Positions 45,271 to 56,055 are shown, counted from the first letter of the stretch. The stretch: 64,000 nucleotides of DNA from Vicinamibacterales bacterium (GCA_050249615.1 JBFWQE010000001.1:35483-99482); one strand, 5' to 3'. Notes: generated by a model not told the origin, from the letters alone. Numbers and translations: made by a program.

Positions 45271-45882
45271 CTACGAGCCGCCAGCCTTGCGCGGCGTGGT
45301 CGTCTTCTTTGCGGCGCCGCGGGCGGGACGGCTGGCCTTGGACTTCGCGGCGCCGTCACCCTTGGCCTTCTTGCCTCCCCGCAGGCGCTCGGCCGCTGAG
45401 CGGAGCCGCTCCCCCACGCTCTTCTGCGTCTTGGCGCCCTCGGCCTGGGCGGCCTCATCGGCGGCCTTGCGCTCGGCCTCGGCCTTCTTCGGGTCGTACT
45501 CGCTGCCGACGAGCTCGATCTGGGCCACCTCGGCGGCGTCGCCGCGCCGGTGCCCCAGCTTGAGGATGCGGGTGTACCCGCCCGGCCGCGACTCGAACCG
45601 CGGGGCCAGCTCGTCGAACAGCTTGGTGACGACGTCCTCGTTGTGGACGTCGCGCATCACGAGGCGCCGGGCCGAGAGGGTCCTGCCCTTCGGGTCGGCG
45701 GCCTTCACCCCGCGCTTGGCGATGGTGATGATGCGCTCGACGAACGGCCGCAGCTCCTTGGCCTTCGGCACGGTCGTCTCGATGCGCTCGTGCATCAGCA
45801 GCGCCGTCGCCTGGTTGCGAAGGAGCGCGATGCGGTGCTCGGAGACCCGGCCGAGCTTCCGGTGTGCATTACGGTGGCGCAT
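45271..45882 (-). CDS. rplQ: 50S ribosomal protein L17 with about 80-aa Lys/Ala-rich C-terminal extension
   Basis: [24 protein letters not shown]..., then the tail [23 protein letters not shown]...[33 protein letters not shown]. Confidence 0.95.
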   Translation of the reverse strand: MRHRNAHRKLGRVSEHRIALLRNQATALLMHERIETTVPKAKELRPFVERIITIAKRGVKAADPKGRTLSARRLVMRDVHNEDVVTKLFDELAPRFESRPGGYTRILKLGHRRGDAAEVAQIELVGSEYDPKKAEAERKAADEAAQAEGAKTQKSVGERLRSAAERLRGGKKAKGDGAAKSKASRPARGAAKKTTTPRKAGGS

Positions 45883-45903
45883 GGCGTCTTGTCCCTATCG
45901 GAG

Positions 45904-46884
45904 CTACTCCGCCGCCGAGGGCTGGTCCAGCTTCATGCCGAGGCTCAGACCCATCGTCTGCAGGATCTCCTTGATCTCGTTGAGCGACTTCCGGCCGAAG
46001 TTCTTCGTCTTCAGCATGTCGGTCTCGCTCTTCTGCACGAGCTCCCGAATCGTGCGGATGTTGGCGTTCTTCAGGCAGTTGTACGACCGCACCGAGAGCT
46101 CGAGTTCCTCGACGCTCTTGTCGAGGTGCTCGTTGGCGACGCCCAGGCGCGCCGGCTCCGTGGACACGTCCAGGTCTTCCTCGTCCTCGTCCTCGAGGTT
46201 GATGAAGATGTTGAGGTGGTCGCGCACCAGCTTGGCGGCCAGCGACACCGCGTCGCCCGGCGTGACCGACCCGTTGGTCCACACCTCGAGCGTCAGCTTG
46301 TCGTAGTCGGTCGCCTGTCCGACGCGCGCCGACTCGACCAGGTAGTTCACCTTCTTCACCGGCGAGTGCACCGAGTCGATGGGGATCCAGCCGATGCCGA
46401 GGTCCTCGTCGAAGTTGCGGTCGGCCGCGACGTAGCCGCGCCCCCGCTTCACGCGGAGCTGCATGTGGAGCTTGCCGCCCTCCGACACCGTGGCGATGTG
46501 GGCGTCGGGCTCGAGGATCTCGACGTCCTGGTCCACCTCGATGTCCCGGGCGCGCACCGGGCCCGGCTTGTCCACGCGCACGGTCAGCGTCTTGGTGTGG
46601 TCGACGTGGCACTTGAGCGGCAGCTGCTTCAGGTTGAGGATGATGTCGGTCGCGTCCTCGACCACGCCCTTGATGGGCGAGAACTCGTGCAGCACGCCGT
46701 CGATCTGCACGGCGGTGATGGCCGCGCCCTCGATGGACGAGAGCAGCACCCGGCGGAGGGCGTTGCCCACCGTGGTGCCGAATCCGCGCTCGAACGGCTG
46801 CGCATAGAAGCGCCCGAACCGGTCGGTGAGCGTCTCGCGTTCGAAGTCGAGGCGCTTGGGGCGCTGAAATCCTTTCCAGAGCAT
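45904..46884 (-). CDS. rpoA: DNA-directed RNA polymerase subunit alpha
   Basis: NTD plus CTD ([24 protein letters not shown]). Confidence 0.97.
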   Translation of the reverse strand: MLWKGFQRPKRLDFERETLTDRFGRFYAQPFERGFGTTVGNALRRVLLSSIEGAAITAVQIDGVLHEFSPIKGVVEDATDIILNLKQLPLKCHVDHTKTLTVRVDKPGPVRARDIEVDQDVEILEPDAHIATVSEGGKLHMQLRVKRGRGYVAADRNFDEDLGIGWIPIDSVHSPVKKVNYLVESARVGQATDYDKLTLEVWTNGSVTPGDAVSLAAKLVRDHLNIFINLEDEDEEDLDVSTEPARLGVANEHLDKSVEELELSVRSYNCLKNANIRTIRELVQKSETDMLKTKNFGRKSLNEIKEILQTMGLSLGMKLDQPSAAE

Positions 46885-46924
46885 CGTGATGTCCTTTCGC
46901 CAAACGGGCCGGCAGCCCGGCCTC

Positions 46925-47058
46925 CAGACCTGCGGGTTACGGCCCCCGGCCTCCCGCTGCAGGTCTGACGAGCTGCGGGCCGTGGGCTGGCGGAATCCGC
47001 CGAGGCTGAAGCCTCGGCGCTCCGTACGCGAACGGCGCGCCGGGACGTCAGTCCCGGC
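46925..47058 (-). other. Three strong hairpins in the 180-nt rpsD-rpoA spacer
   Basis: GCCGGGAC-GTCA-GTCCCGGC (47039-47058), CCGAGGC-TGAA-GCCTCGG (47000-47017), and CAGACCTGC-(25 nt)-GCAGGTCTG (46925-46967). Confidence 0.6.
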
Positions 47059-47064
47059 GTCACC

Positions 47065-47691
47065 CTACTTGCTGTACAACTCGACGATGAGCTGCTCCTG
47101 CACGGGCAGGTTGATCTGCTCGCGCGTCGGCATCGACATCACCTTGCCGCCCATGGCGCCGTCGAGGTTCAGCCACTCGGGGATGCCGCGGCCCTTCACC
47201 TCCTCCATCGCGTGCAGGATGGATGCGTTCTGGCGGCTGCCCTCGCGGACCGTCACCACGTCGCCCGCCTTCAGCGAGTACGAGGGGATGTCCACCTTCC
47301 TGCCGTTGACCAGGAAGTGGCCGTGGCGCACCAGCTGCCGCGCCTGCGCGCGCGAGGTGGCGAAGCCCAGGCGGTAGACGGCGTTGTCGAGGCGCCGCTC
47401 CAGCAGTTGCAGCAGCGTCTCGCCGGTGATCCCGCGGGTGCGGTCCGCCTGCTCGAAGTACCGGCGGAACTGGTCCTCCAGCACGCCGTAGATGCGCTTC
47501 ACCTTCTGCTTCTCGCGCAGCTGCACGCCGTAGCCCACCATCTTCGCGCGGCGCGCCCGGCCGTGCTGGCCCGGCGGCATGTTGCGCTTCTCGATGGCGC
47601 ACTTCTCGGTGTAGCACCGTTCGCCCTTGAGGAACAGCTTCATCCCCTCGCGGCGGCAGAGACGGCAGACGGGTCCGTTGTAACGAGCCAT
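47065..47691 (-). CDS. rpsD: 30S ribosomal protein S4
   Basis: [26 protein letters not shown]... Confidence 0.97.
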   Translation of the reverse strand: MARYNGPVCRLCRREGMKLFLKGERCYTEKCAIEKRNMPPGQHGRARRAKMVGYGVQLREKQKVKRIYGVLEDQFRRYFEQADRTRGITGETLLQLLERRLDNAVYRLGFATSRAQARQLVRHGHFLVNGRKVDIPSYSLKAGDVVTVREGSRQNASILHAMEEVKGRGIPEWLNLDGAMGGKVMSMPTREQINLPVQEQLIVELYSK

Positions 47692-47718
47692 GAAATTCGA
47701 TCCTTCTCAGTCCAGAAG

Positions 47719-48150
47719 TTACACCCGCCGCCGCTTCGGCGGCCGGCACCCGTTGTGCGGGATCGGCGTGACGTCGCGGATGGACTTCACCTCGAGCCCG
47801 GCGGTCGAGAGCGCGCGGATGGCCGACTCGCGGCCCGAGCCGGGCCCCTTGACCAGCACGTCGCACGAGCGCATGCCGAAGGTCTTGGCGGCGTTGGTCG
47901 CCGTGAGCGCGGCCTGCGTGGCGGCGAACGGCGTGCCCTTGCGCGAGCCCTTGAACCCGATGGCGCCCGCGCTGGACCACGACACCACGGCGCCCTCGGC
48001 GTCGGTGATCGTCACCAGCGTGTTGTTGAACGAGGCCTGGATGTGCACGAACCCGTGGTGCACGATCCGCTTCTCGCCGCGCTTCTTGAACGTCTTCTTC
48101 TTGCGGGTGGATTCCTTCCCCGCCGCGCCCGTGCTCTCTGCTTTTGCCAT
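47719..48150 (-). CDS. rpsK: 30S ribosomal protein S11
   Basis: ...[21 protein letters not shown]...[13 protein letters not shown]. Confidence 0.97.
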   Translation of the reverse strand: MAKAESTGAAGKESTRKKKTFKKRGEKRIVHHGFVHIQASFNNTLVTITDAEGAVVSWSSAGAIGFKGSRKGTPFAATQAALTATNAAKTFGMRSCDVLVKGPGSGRESAIRALSTAGLEVKSIRDVTPIPHNGCRPPKRRRV

Positions 48151-48157
48151 GGCCTAC

Positions 48158-48532
48158 CTACACCGTCTTCTTCTTGGCGACCGCGCCCTTGCGCGGACCC
48201 TTGCGCGTGCGCGCGTTGGTGCGCGTGCGCTGCCCCCGGGCCGGCAGGTTCCGGCGGTGCCGGCTGCCGCGGAAGCTGCCGATCTCGATGAGCCGCTTGA
48301 TGTTGAGCGAGATCTCCTTACGCAGATCGCCCTCCACCCCGCCCTGCTCCTCGATCACCCGGCTGATCTTCCGCACGTCGTCGTCGGAGAGATCCTTGAC
48401 GCGGACGTCGGGGCTGACCCCCGCGGTCTCGAGGATCCGGTTCGAGCGGTGGCGCCCGATCCCGAAGATGTACGTGAGCCCGATCTCCACGCGCTTGTTG
48501 CGGGGCAGATCGACACCTGAAATGCGTGCCAT
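48158..48532 (-). CDS. rpsM: 30S ribosomal protein S13
   Basis: [26 protein letters not shown]. Start trimmed to ATG 48530-48532. Confidence 0.95.
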   Translation of the reverse strand: MARISGVDLPRNKRVEIGLTYIFGIGRHRSNRILETAGVSPDVRVKDLSDDDVRKISRVIEEQGGVEGDLRKEISLNIKRLIEIGSFRGSRHRRNLPARGQRTRTNARTRKGPRKGAVAKKKTV

Positions 48533-48543
48533 AGGTCCTCGCC

Positions 48544-48657
48544 TTATCCTTGCCGCTGCTTGTGCTTCTGGTTCGTGCAGATCACCCGCACGATCCCGCG
48601 ACGGCGCACGATCTTGCACTTGTCGCAGATCTTCTTGACTGACGCTCGTACTTTCAT
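48544..48657 (-). CDS. rpmJ: 50S ribosomal protein L36 (zinc-ribbon form)
   Basis: Not in the ORF track. My hand translation gives [37 protein letters not shown]. Confidence 0.9.
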   Translation of the reverse strand: MKVRASVKKICDKCKIVRRRGIVRVICTNQKHKQRQG

Positions 48658-48669
48658 CGCTCGCTCCGT

Positions 48670-48873
48670 TTACAGCCTCTCAAGAACCCGCCCGCGACCA
48701 CGGTCGTTCGCCATCAGCGCGATGCGGACGCGATCCCCGACCACGAGCCTCACGTAATTCCGCCGCACCGGGTCCGCGTGATGCGCGATCACCTGGTGCC
48801 GCCCGCCCTCGAGCACCACCTTGACCAGCTCGCTCGGCAGCAACTCGACCACCGTGCCCTCGGCCTCGGTCAC
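48670..48873 (-). CDS. infA: Translation initiation factor IF-1
   Basis: [53 protein letters not shown]... has an S1-like fold. The GTG start overlaps the map stop (GTGA). Confidence 0.85.
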   Translation of the reverse strand: MTEAEGTVVELLPSELVKVVLEGGRHQVIAHHADPVRRNYVRLVVGDRVRIALMANDRGRGRVLERL

Positions 48874-49640
48874 ACCGCCCCGACCGCCACCTGATCCCGC
48901 AGCGTCAGCACCCGGCAGCCCGTCGCCGTCACCGCCACCGTGTGTTCGAAGTGCGCCGAGAGGCTGCCGTCCTTCGTCACGGCCGTCCACCCGTCGGACA
49001 GCACCTTCACCGCGGCCTTCCCCACGTTCACCATCGGTTCGATGGCCAGCACCATCCCCTCGGCCAGCCTGGCGCCGCGGCCCGCCGTGCCGTAGTTCGG
49101 GATCTGCGGCTCCTCATGGAGCGCCGTCCCGATTCCGTGCCCCACGAACTCGCGGACCACCGAGTATCCGTGCGCCTCGACGTGCTGCTGGACGGCCGCC
49201 CCGATGTCGTGCACCCGCGCGCCCGCGCGCACCACGGCGATGGCCCGCTCGAGCGCCGCCTGCGTCACCGCGAGCAGCCGCTCGGCTTCCGGCGAGATGC
49301 GCCCCACCGGCACGGTCACCGCCGAGTCCCCGTAGAACCCGTCCAGCCGGGCGCCCATGTCGATGGACACGATGTCGCCCTCGACGAGCTTCCGGTCGTT
49401 CGGGATCCCGTGGATCACCTGCTCGTTCACCGACGCGCAGATGGTCGCCGGATACCCGTGGTATCCCTTGAACGCCGGCGCGGCGCCCGCCTCGACGAGC
49501 CGCTGCTCGGCCAGCCGGTCCAGGTCGCGCGTGGTCACCCCGGGCGCCGTCGCGCCCATCAGCTCGGCCAGCACGCGGGCCACCAGCGCGTTGACCCGCG
49601 CCAGCCGCTCGAGCTCCGCCGCCGATCGGCAGTTGATCAC
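48870..49640 (-). CDS. map: Type I methionine aminopeptidase
   Basis: Metal ligands in DIVSIDMGARLDGFYGD, VREFVGHGIG, LAIEPMV and AHFEHTV. GTG at 49638-49640 overlaps the adk stop (GTGA). 256 aa. Confidence 0.9.
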   Translation of the reverse strand: MINCRSAAELERLARVNALVARVLAELMGATAPGVTTRDLDRLAEQRLVEAGAAPAFKGYHGYPATICASVNEQVIHGIPNDRKLVEGDIVSIDMGARLDGFYGDSAVTVPVGRISPEAERLLAVTQAALERAIAVVRAGARVHDIGAAVQQHVEAHGYSVVREFVGHGIGTALHEEPQIPNYGTAGRGARLAEGMVLAIEPMVNVGKAAVKVLSDGWTAVTKDGSLSAHFEHTVAVTATGCRVLTLRDQVAVGAV

Positions 49641-50326
49641 GCTCGCGCTCCAGGCGGCACCGACAGCCCCGCCGCCGTCGCGACGCCCATGACAGCGGCC
49701 ACCAGCGCTTCCCGCACCTGCTCGGGCCCCTGGGCTCCATCGATGACCCGGAACGTCGGACGCTGGCTGTAGTACGCGATCATGGGCCGCGTGTCCCGCC
49801 AGTACACCCGCAACCGTTCCCGCACCACCGCCTCGGTGTCGTCCGAGCGTGTGACGAGTTCTCCCCCGCACTTCTCGCAGCGCTGCACCGTCGCCGGGTT
49901 GGAGCCGAACGCCGACACGTTGGTGCCGCACACCTTGCACACCCGGCGCGCCTGAACCCGCCGCACGAGCTCCTCGTCGGGCACCTGCATCTCGACGACG
50001 ATGAGCGGGTCCCGGCCGGCCACGATGCCGTCGAGCGCTTCCGCCTGGGGCACGGTGCGCGGAAAGCCGTCCAGCACGAACCCGCCGCCGACATCCGGCC
50101 GTCCCAGCCGCTCGCGGACGATGCCGGTGATGAGCTCGTCGCTCACCAGCTCGCCCCGTTCCATCACCGCCTTGACCACCCGCCCGAGCTCGCTGCCGCT
50201 CTGCACCGCCTCGCGGAGGATGTCCCCCGTCGAGATCCTGGGGATCCCATGCTCCCTGGCGAAGCGCTCGGCCTGCGTCCCCTTGCCGGCGCCCGGGGGT
50301 CCCAGCATCACAACGTTGAGCGCCAC
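49637..50326 (-). CDS. adk: Adenylate kinase (zinc-lid form)
   Basis: P-loop GPPGAGKGTQ and lid cysteines CKVCGTN...CEKCGGEL. GTG start. Confidence 0.93.
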   Translation of the reverse strand: MALNVVMLGPPGAGKGTQAERFAREHGIPRISTGDILREAVQSGSELGRVVKAVMERGELVSDELITGIVRERLGRPDVGGGFVLDGFPRTVPQAEALDGIVAGRDPLIVVEMQVPDEELVRRVQARRVCKVCGTNVSAFGSNPATVQRCEKCGGELVTRSDDTEAVVRERLRVYWRDTRPMIAYYSQRPTFRVIDGAQGPEQVREALVAAVMGVATAAGLSVPPGARA

Positions 50327-50330
50327 GTCC

Positions 50331-51719
50331 TCACCCGCGACGCCCGCGAATCCGCGTCTTCTTCATGAACCCGTCGTAGTGCCGCATGATCAGCTGCGAC
50401 TCCACCTGGTTCACGGTGTCCATGGCCACGCCCACGACGATGAGCAGCGACGTGCCGCCGAAGAAGAACTGCACGTTCAGGCCCTCGGTGACGAACCGCG
50501 GCAGCAGCGCGTCGAGCGACTCGCCGATGAATGGGATGGGCGCCACCTTGAACCCGGTCAGCAGGAACTCCGGCAGGATCGCGACCAGCGACAGGTACAC
50601 GGCGCCCACCAGCGTGATGCGCGCCAGGATGGTGTCGATGTACTCCGCCGTGCGCTTGCCCGGCCGGATACCCGGGATGAACCCGCCGTACTTCCGCATG
50701 TTCTCGGCCACGTCGTCCGGGTTGAAGATGATGGCCGTGTAGAAGTACGCGAAGAAGATGATGAGCGTGACGTAGAGCAGGTTGTACAGCGGCATGCCGT
50801 ACTGCAGCTGCCGCACGACCGCATCGGCCCAGCCGCCCGCCTGCAGCATCCCGGCGAACGTCCCGGGGAACGTCAGGATCGAGCTGGCGAAGATGACGGG
50901 GATCACGCCGCCCGTGTTCACCTTGAGCGGGATGTGCGTGCTGGATCCGCCGTACTGCCGCCGACCCACCACGCGCTTGGCGTACTGCACGGTGATCCGC
51001 CGGTGCGCCCGCTCGACGTAGATGATGGCCGCGATGACCAGCACCATCAGCAGCACCAGGAACGCCACGACCAGCAGGCTCATCTGCCCGGTGCGCATCT
51101 GGTCGAAGGTCGCGATGGCCGCGCTCGGCAGCCCCACCACGATGCCTGCGAAGATGATGAGCGACATCCCGTTGCCGATGCCCCGCTCGGTAATCTGCTC
51201 ACCGAGCCACATGATGAACATGGTGCCGGTCGTCAGCGTCAGCACGGCGCCGAGCCGGAAGCCCCAGCCCGGGTCGTACACCAGCGGCAGCCCGCCGGGG
51301 ATGTCGGTGTTGCGCTCGAGCCAGATGGCGATGCCCATCGACTGGACCGCGGCCAGCAGCAGCGTCAGGTACCGCGTGTACTGCGTGATCTTCCGCCGTC
51401 CCAGCTCGCCTTCCTTCGACAGCCGCTCGAGGTACGGCCAGACCACGGTGAGCAGCTGGAGGATGATCGAGGCGCTGATGTACGGCATCACCCCGAGCGC
51501 GAAGATCGTGACCCGCGCCAGCGCGCCGCCCGTGAACATGTTGTACAGGCCCAGCATGGTGTTCTGCGCCTGCTGCGCCAGCACCTCGAGGGCCTCGGGG
51601 TTCACGCCGGGCGTCGGGATGAAGATGCCGACACGGTAGATCGCCAGTATGCCGAGCGTGAACAGCACCCGGTTGCGGAGATCCGCGACGGCAAACAGAT
51701 TTCTCAGGCTTTCGACCAC
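50331..51719 (-). CDS. secY: Preprotein translocase subunit SecY
   Basis: 10-TM SecY sequence in the conserved position after rplO. GTG start. Confidence 0.95.
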   Translation of the reverse strand: MVESLRNLFAVADLRNRVLFTLGILAIYRVGIFIPTPGVNPEALEVLAQQAQNTMLGLYNMFTGGALARVTIFALGVMPYISASIILQLLTVVWPYLERLSKEGELGRRKITQYTRYLTLLLAAVQSMGIAIWLERNTDIPGGLPLVYDPGWGFRLGAVLTLTTGTMFIMWLGEQITERGIGNGMSLIIFAGIVVGLPSAAIATFDQMRTGQMSLLVVAFLVLLMVLVIAAIIYVERAHRRITVQYAKRVVGRRQYGGSSTHIPLKVNTGGVIPVIFASSILTFPGTFAGMLQAGGWADAVVRQLQYGMPLYNLLYVTLIIFFAYFYTAIIFNPDDVAENMRKYGGFIPGIRPGKRTAEYIDTILARITLVGAVYLSLVAILPEFLLTGFKVAPIPFIGESLDALLPRFVTEGLNVQFFFGGTSLLIVVGVAMDTVNQVESQLIMRHYDGFMKKTRIRGRRG

Positions 51720-51733
51720 AGGAGTCGCCTCGA

Positions 51734-52177
51734 TCAGCTGATCGCTTCCGCCGTGCCACCCGCGGCCGCGATCTTCTCGGCCGCCTTGCCACTGAACTTG
51801 TGCGCCTGCACGGTCAGCGCCTTGGTCACCTCACCGCGGGCCAGCACCTTCACGGGCTGGCGGCTGTTGACCAGGCCGGCCGCCCGGAGCGTGTCGGGGC
51901 TCACCGTCGCGCCGGTGTCGAAGCGCGCCTCGATCTGGTCCAGGTTCACCACCTCGTACTCCGTCCGGAACACGTTGTTGAACCCGCGCTTCGGCACGCG
52001 CCGGTGCAGCGGCATCTGGCCGCCCTCGAACCCGCGCTTGTACGAGTAGCCCGAGCGCGACTGCGCGCCCTTGTTCCCGCGGCCGGCCGTCTTGCCGTTG
52101 CCCGACCCGGGACCGCGCCCCACGCGCTTGCGGTTGAACTTCGACCCGGGGGCCGGCTTGAGATTGTTGAGGCTCAT
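51734..52177 (-). CDS. rplO: 50S ribosomal protein L15
   Basis: [34 protein letters not shown]. Confidence 0.97.
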   Translation of the reverse strand: MSLNNLKPAPGSKFNRKRVGRGPGSGNGKTAGRGNKGAQSRSGYSYKRGFEGGQMPLHRRVPKRGFNNVFRTEYEVVNLDQIEARFDTGATVSPDTLRAAGLVNSRQPVKVLARGEVTKALTVQAHKFSGKAAEKIAAAGGTAEAIS

Positions 52178-52181
52178 GTCT

Positions 52182-52373
52182 CTACTCCACCACCTCGACG
52201 AGGTGGCGCACCTTGTGGATCATCCCCCGGGTCTCCGGCGTGTCCGGGAGCTCCACCGTGTGGCGGATCTTCCGGAGGCCCATCCCCTGGACGGTCGCTG
52301 CCTGGGTCCGGTTGAAGCCAATCGGGCTCCGGACCAGCGTGATCTTCAGCGTCTTCTTCGCCTGCTCAGCCAT
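52182..52373 (-). CDS. rpmD: 50S ribosomal protein L30
   Basis: [27 protein letters not shown]. Confidence 0.95.
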   Translation of the reverse strand: MAEQAKKTLKITLVRSPIGFNRTQAATVQGMGLRKIRHTVELPDTPETRGMIHKVRHLVEVVE

Positions 52374-52385
52374 GATCGTCCGTCC

Positions 52386-52907
52386 CTACGCCCGCCCGGG
52401 CGCGCTCATCTCCTCGGCGTCCTTGCCGCGAAGGCGCGCCACCAGGCCGGGATCCTTCAGCTGCTGCAGCGCCGTGAACGCCGCCCGCACCACGTTGTGC
52501 GGGTTGGCCGTCCCGAGCGACTTGGTCAGCACGTTCGAGACACCGGCCGACTCCACTACGGCGCGCACCGCGCCGCCCGCAATGATGCCCGTGCCCTCGG
52601 GGGCGGGCTTCAGCAGGACGCGCCCGGCGCCGAAGCGCCCGACTACCGGGTGCGGCACCGTCGTCCCCTTGAGCGGCACGCGGATGAGGTTCTTCTTGGC
52701 CGCCTCGATCCCCTTCTTGATGGCCGAGGGCACTTCCTTGGCCTTGCCGACGCCGTAGCCCACCACGCCATGGCCGTCGCCGACGACCACCAGGGCGCTG
52801 AAGCTCAGGTTCTTGCCGCCCTTGACCACCTTGGTGACGCGGTTGATCGAAACCACCGTGTCCTTGATCTCGAGCTGGCCCGGGTCAATCTTCTCGCGTG
52901 TCCGCAT
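52386..52907 (-). CDS. rpsE: 30S ribosomal protein S5
   Basis: [39 protein letters not shown]. Confidence 0.97.
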   Translation of the reverse strand: MRTREKIDPGQLEIKDTVVSINRVTKVVKGGKNLSFSALVVVGDGHGVVGYGVGKAKEVPSAIKKGIEAAKKNLIRVPLKGTTVPHPVVGRFGAGRVLLKPAPEGTGIIAGGAVRAVVESAGVSNVLTKSLGTANPHNVVRAAFTALQQLKDPGLVARLRGKDAEEMSAPGRA

Positions 52908-52954
52908 ACCGTTTCGCCTTTTGCCTTCTGCCTTCTGTCGTGTCCTGGCCGGGC
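52908..52954. repeat. Period-7 tandem array (TGCCTTC-type) filling the rplR-rpsE spacer
   Basis: accgttt cgccttt tgccttc tgccttc tgtcgtg tcctggc cgggc. It runs from the rpsE start codon to the rplR stop codon. Confidence 0.6.
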
Positions 52955-53329
52955 CTAGAACTCCAGCCCGGCGCTGCGCGCGGCCTCGGCCACGGCGCGC
53001 ACGCGCCCGTGGTACAGGAACCCGTTCCGGTCGAACACCACGCGCGTGATGCCCTTCTCCTTCAGGCGCTCGGCAATCGCCTGGCCCACCACCGCGGCGC
53101 CCCTGCGGTTGCTGCCGCGGGCGCCCTCCGCCAGGCGCGCCTTCAGCGCCGGTTCCACGCTCGACGCGGCTGCCAGCGTCCGTCCGGCCAGGTCGTCGAT
53201 GACCTGCACGTAGATGTGCGCGCCGCTCCGGAACACGCTCAGGCGCGGCTGCTCGGCGGTCCCCTGCAGGCGCTTCCGGATCCGGAACTTGATCCGATCC
53301 CGGCGGTCTTCCTTCGTCTGGATTCTCAT
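52955..53329 (-). CDS. rplR: 50S ribosomal protein L18
   Basis: ...[19 protein letters not shown]...[27 protein letters not shown]. Confidence 0.97.
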   Translation of the reverse strand: MRIQTKEDRRDRIKFRIRKRLQGTAEQPRLSVFRSGAHIYVQVIDDLAGRTLAAASSVEPALKARLAEGARGSNRRGAAVVGQAIAERLKEKGITRVVFDRNGFLYHGRVRAVAEAARSAGLEF

Positions 53330-53348
53330 ACGCTCACCAGTTGCTCGA

Positions 53349-53885
53349 TTACGCGCCGGTCTTGCCGGCCTTCTTCTTCAGCACTTCGCCCGTGTAGCGC
53401 ACGCCCTTCTGCTGGTACGGGTCGGGCTTGCGCAGGCGCCGCAGGTTCGCCGCCACCTGGCCCACCAGCTGGCGATCCACGCCCGTGACGGTGATGTGGG
53501 TCTGCTTGTCGATGGCGACGTCGATGCCCGCGGGCACGTCGAACACCACCGGGTGCGAGTAGCCGAGCGCCAGCACGATCTGCTTGCCCTTCATCTCGGC
53601 GCGATAGCCCACGCCGACGATGTCCAGCTCCCTCTTCCAGCCCTCGGTCACGCCGAGCACGGCGTTGTTCACGAGGCTGCGGGCGAGGCCGTGGAACTTG
53701 TCGTACTCGCGCACATCGGCCGCCTTCCGGGTGAGCAGCTGGCCGTCCTCGACGACCGCGGTCACGCCCGGGGGCAGCGCCTGCTTCATCTGGCCCTTCG
53801 GCCCCTTCACCTCGACGGTGCCGCCGTCGATCTTGACGGTGACCCCCTTCGGGATGGCGATTGGCTTCTTTCCGATTCTCGACAT
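53349..53885 (-). CDS. rplF: 50S ribosomal protein L6
   Basis: [31 protein letters not shown]. Confidence 0.97.
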   Translation of the reverse strand: MSRIGKKPIAIPKGVTVKIDGGTVEVKGPKGQMKQALPPGVTAVVEDGQLLTRKAADVREYDKFHGLARSLVNNAVLGVTEGWKRELDIVGVGYRAEMKGKQIVLALGYSHPVVFDVPAGIDVAIDKQTHITVTGVDRQLVGQVAANLRRLRKPDPYQQKGVRYTGEVLKKKAGKTGA

Positions 53886-53889
53886 GGCG

Positions 53890-54303
53890 TCACCAAACGT
53901 TGCAGAGGATCTCGCCGCCGACGCCGGCCTTCTGGGCGGCGCGCCCGGTCATGACGCCCCGCGACGTCGTGAGGATGTTCACGCCCAGGCCGCCGAGGAC
54001 CGGGGGCACGCCCTCGCGGCCGGCATAGACGCGGCGCCCGGGGCGGCTCACCCGCTCGAGGCCGGAGATCACCTTCTCTCCGGCGGGGCCGTACTTCAGG
54101 AACACGCGCATCACCTGGCGGGCGGCCTTGCCGGGCCGCTCGGAGGGCGCCTCGACGAGCTTGTAGCCCGCGATGTAGCCCTCGTCCTGCAGGATCTTCG
54201 CGATCTCGGTCTTCAGCTTGGACGCGGGCAGGTCCACGCGCGCGTGCCTGGCGTGCACGGCGTTGCGAATCCGCGTCAGCATGTCGGCAATCGGATCAGT
54301 CAT
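53890..54303 (-). CDS. rpsH: 30S ribosomal protein S8
   Basis: [15 protein letters not shown]...GGEILCNVW. Confidence 0.97.
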   Translation of the reverse strand: MTDPIADMLTRIRNAVHARHARVDLPASKLKTEIAKILQDEGYIAGYKLVEAPSERPGKAARQVMRVFLKYGPAGEKVISGLERVSRPGRRVYAGREGVPPVLGGLGVNILTTSRGVMTGRAAQKAGVGGEILCNVW

Positions 54304-54337
54304 AGCTACTGCTCTCAGCTCTCGGCTAACTCTGGCT
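54304..54337. repeat. Period-7 degenerate array (GCTCTCA-type) filling the rpsZ-rpsH spacer
   Basis: agctact gctctca gctctcg gctaact ctggct. The unit is related to the CTCAGCT array at 59335. Confidence 0.5.
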
Positions 54338-54523
54338 CTACCAGCTGCTCTTGGTCACGCCGGCGACGTCGCCCGTCAGCGCCAGCTCGCGGAAGCAGAG
54401 CCGGCACATGCCGAACTTCCGGATGAACGCGCGGGACCGGCCGCACCGGCGGCACCGGTTGCGGTGGCGGACCTTGAACTTCAGCGTCTTCTTCTCGCGA
54501 GCCTTCTTGGCGGTCGTGGCCAC
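54338..54523 (-). CDS. rpsZ: 30S ribosomal protein S14 type Z (zinc-binding, 61 aa)
   Basis: [64 protein letters not shown] start with GAGAGGA about 8 nt upstream. Confidence 0.9.
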   Translation of the reverse strand: MATTAKKAREKKTLKFKVRHRNRCRRCGRSRAFIRKFGMCRLCFRELALTGDVAGVTKSSW

Positions 54524-54537
54524 GGAAATGTCCTCTC

Positions 54538-55092
54538 TCAGTTCTGCCGGAACGGCATGCCCAGCAACTGCAGGAGCTTGCGCGCCTCGGCGTCCGTCTT
54601 GGCGGTGGTGACCACGCAGACGTTCATGCCGCGGGCCTTGTCCACCTTCAGGTAGTCGATCTCCGTGAAGATCAGCTGGTCGCGCAGGCCGAGCGTGTAG
54701 TTGCCGCGGCCGTCGAAGCCCCGGCCAGACACCCCGCGGAAATCGCGGACGCGCGGCAGGGCGATGCTCATCAGCCGGTCCAGGAACTCGTACATCCGCT
54801 CGCCGCGCAGCGTGACCATCGCGCCGATGGGCATGCCCTGGCGGACCTTGAACTGCGCGATGGATTTCTTCGCGCGGCGCACGGCGGCCTTCTGCCCGGT
54901 GATCTTCCCGAGCTCCTCCGCGCCGGTGTCCACCACCTTGGCGTTCTGCGTGGCCTCGCCGAGGCCCATGTTGACCACCACCTTGGTGATGCGGGGCACG
55001 GCCATGACGTTCGGGTAGCCGAACTCCTTCTGGAGCGCCGGCACGACGTCCTTCTGGTACTTCTCGCGCAAGCGGGTCATCTGCGACTTCAT
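54538..55092 (-). CDS. rplE: 50S ribosomal protein L5
   Basis: [39 protein letters not shown]. Confidence 0.97.
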   Translation of the reverse strand: MKSQMTRLREKYQKDVVPALQKEFGYPNVMAVPRITKVVVNMGLGEATQNAKVVDTGAEELGKITGQKAAVRRAKKSIAQFKVRQGMPIGAMVTLRGERMYEFLDRLMSIALPRVRDFRGVSGRGFDGRGNYTLGLRDQLIFTEIDYLKVDKARGMNVCVVTTAKTDAEARKLLQLLGMPFRQN

Positions 55093-55415
55093 TTGTCCAC
55101 CACCGCGCCGCTCTTGCGGCCAATGCGCACCCGGCGCCCGTCCGGAAGCGTCTTGTGCCCCACCCGGGTCGCCTCGCCGCTCTCCGGGTCGAGCAGCATC
55201 ACGTTGCTCGCGTGGATGGGCGCCTCGCGCTCGACGATGCCGCCCTTGATGTTCTTCTGCGGGTTCGGGCGGGTGTGCCGCTTGATGACGTTCACGCCCT
55301 CCACCACCACCCGGTTCTTCGCCGCGATCACCATCAGGACACGGCCCTTCTTGCCGCGGTCCTTCCCGGCCCGCACGACGACCTGGTCGTTCTTCCGAAT
55401 GCTCATCGACGGCAT
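55089..55415 (-). CDS. rplX: 50S ribosomal protein L24
   Basis: (MPS)[23 protein letters not shown]. Alternative start at 55405. The stop overlaps the rplE ATG. Confidence 0.93.
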   Translation of the reverse strand: MPSMSIRKNDQVVVRAGKDRGKKGRVLMVIAAKNRVVVEGVNVIKRHTRPNPQKNIKGGIVEREAPIHASNVMLLDPESGEATRVGHKTLPDGRRVRIGRKSGAVVDK

Positions 55416-55417
55416 GG

Positions 55418-55786
55418 CTACAGCACCTCGGGCGCGAGCGAGATGATCTTCATGAACCGGCGCTCGCGCAGCTCGCGGGCCACCGGGCCGAAGACGCGCG
55501 TGCCGATCGGCTCGTTGTTGTCGTTGATCAGCACCGCCGCGTTCCGGTCGAACCGGATGTAGCTGCCATCCTTGCGCCGCTGCTCCTTGCGCACGCGGAC
55601 GACGACGGCCTTCACGACCTGGCCCTTCTTGATGTTCGACTCCGGCGCCGCTTCCTTCACGTTCGCCGTGATCACGTCGCCCAGGTAGGCGTAGCGCCCG
55701 GTCGACCCGCCGATCGGGTTGATGACCGAGATCTTGCGCGCGCCGGAGTTGTCGGCGACGTCGAGGATCGATCGCATCTGGATCAT
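55418..55786 (-). CDS. rplN: 50S ribosomal protein L14
   Basis: [22 protein letters not shown]. Confidence 0.97.
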   Translation of the reverse strand: MIQMRSILDVADNSGARKISVINPIGGSTGRYAYLGDVITANVKEAAPESNIKKGQVVKAVVVRVRKEQRRKDGSYIRFDRNAAVLINDNNEPIGTRVFGPVARELRERRFMKIISLAPEVL

Positions 55787-55798
55787 GGTCGCCTCCTC

Positions 55799-56053
55799 CT
55801 ATACCTGGGTGGCGCGCTCGACGATGCGCGTCACGGTCCACCGCTTGCGGGCGCTCATCGGACGGGTCTCGGCAATCGCCACCCGATCGCCGACCTTCGC
55901 CGCGTCACCCGCGTTGTGCGCCAGGAAGCGGGTCGTCCGCTTCTGCGTCTTCCCGTAGACCGGGTGCTGGACCCGGCGCTCGACCGACACGACGACGCTC
56001 TTCTGCATCTTGTCGCTGACGACCACGCCCTGGAGTTCTGCCTTCACCGCCAT
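55799..56053 (-). CDS. rpsQ: 30S ribosomal protein S17
   Basis: [29 protein letters not shown]. Confidence 0.96.
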   Translation of the reverse strand: MAVKAELQGVVVSDKMQKSVVVSVERRVQHPVYGKTQKRTTRFLAHNAGDAAKVGDRVAIAETRPMSARKRWTVTRIVERATQV

Positions 56054-56055
56054 GA

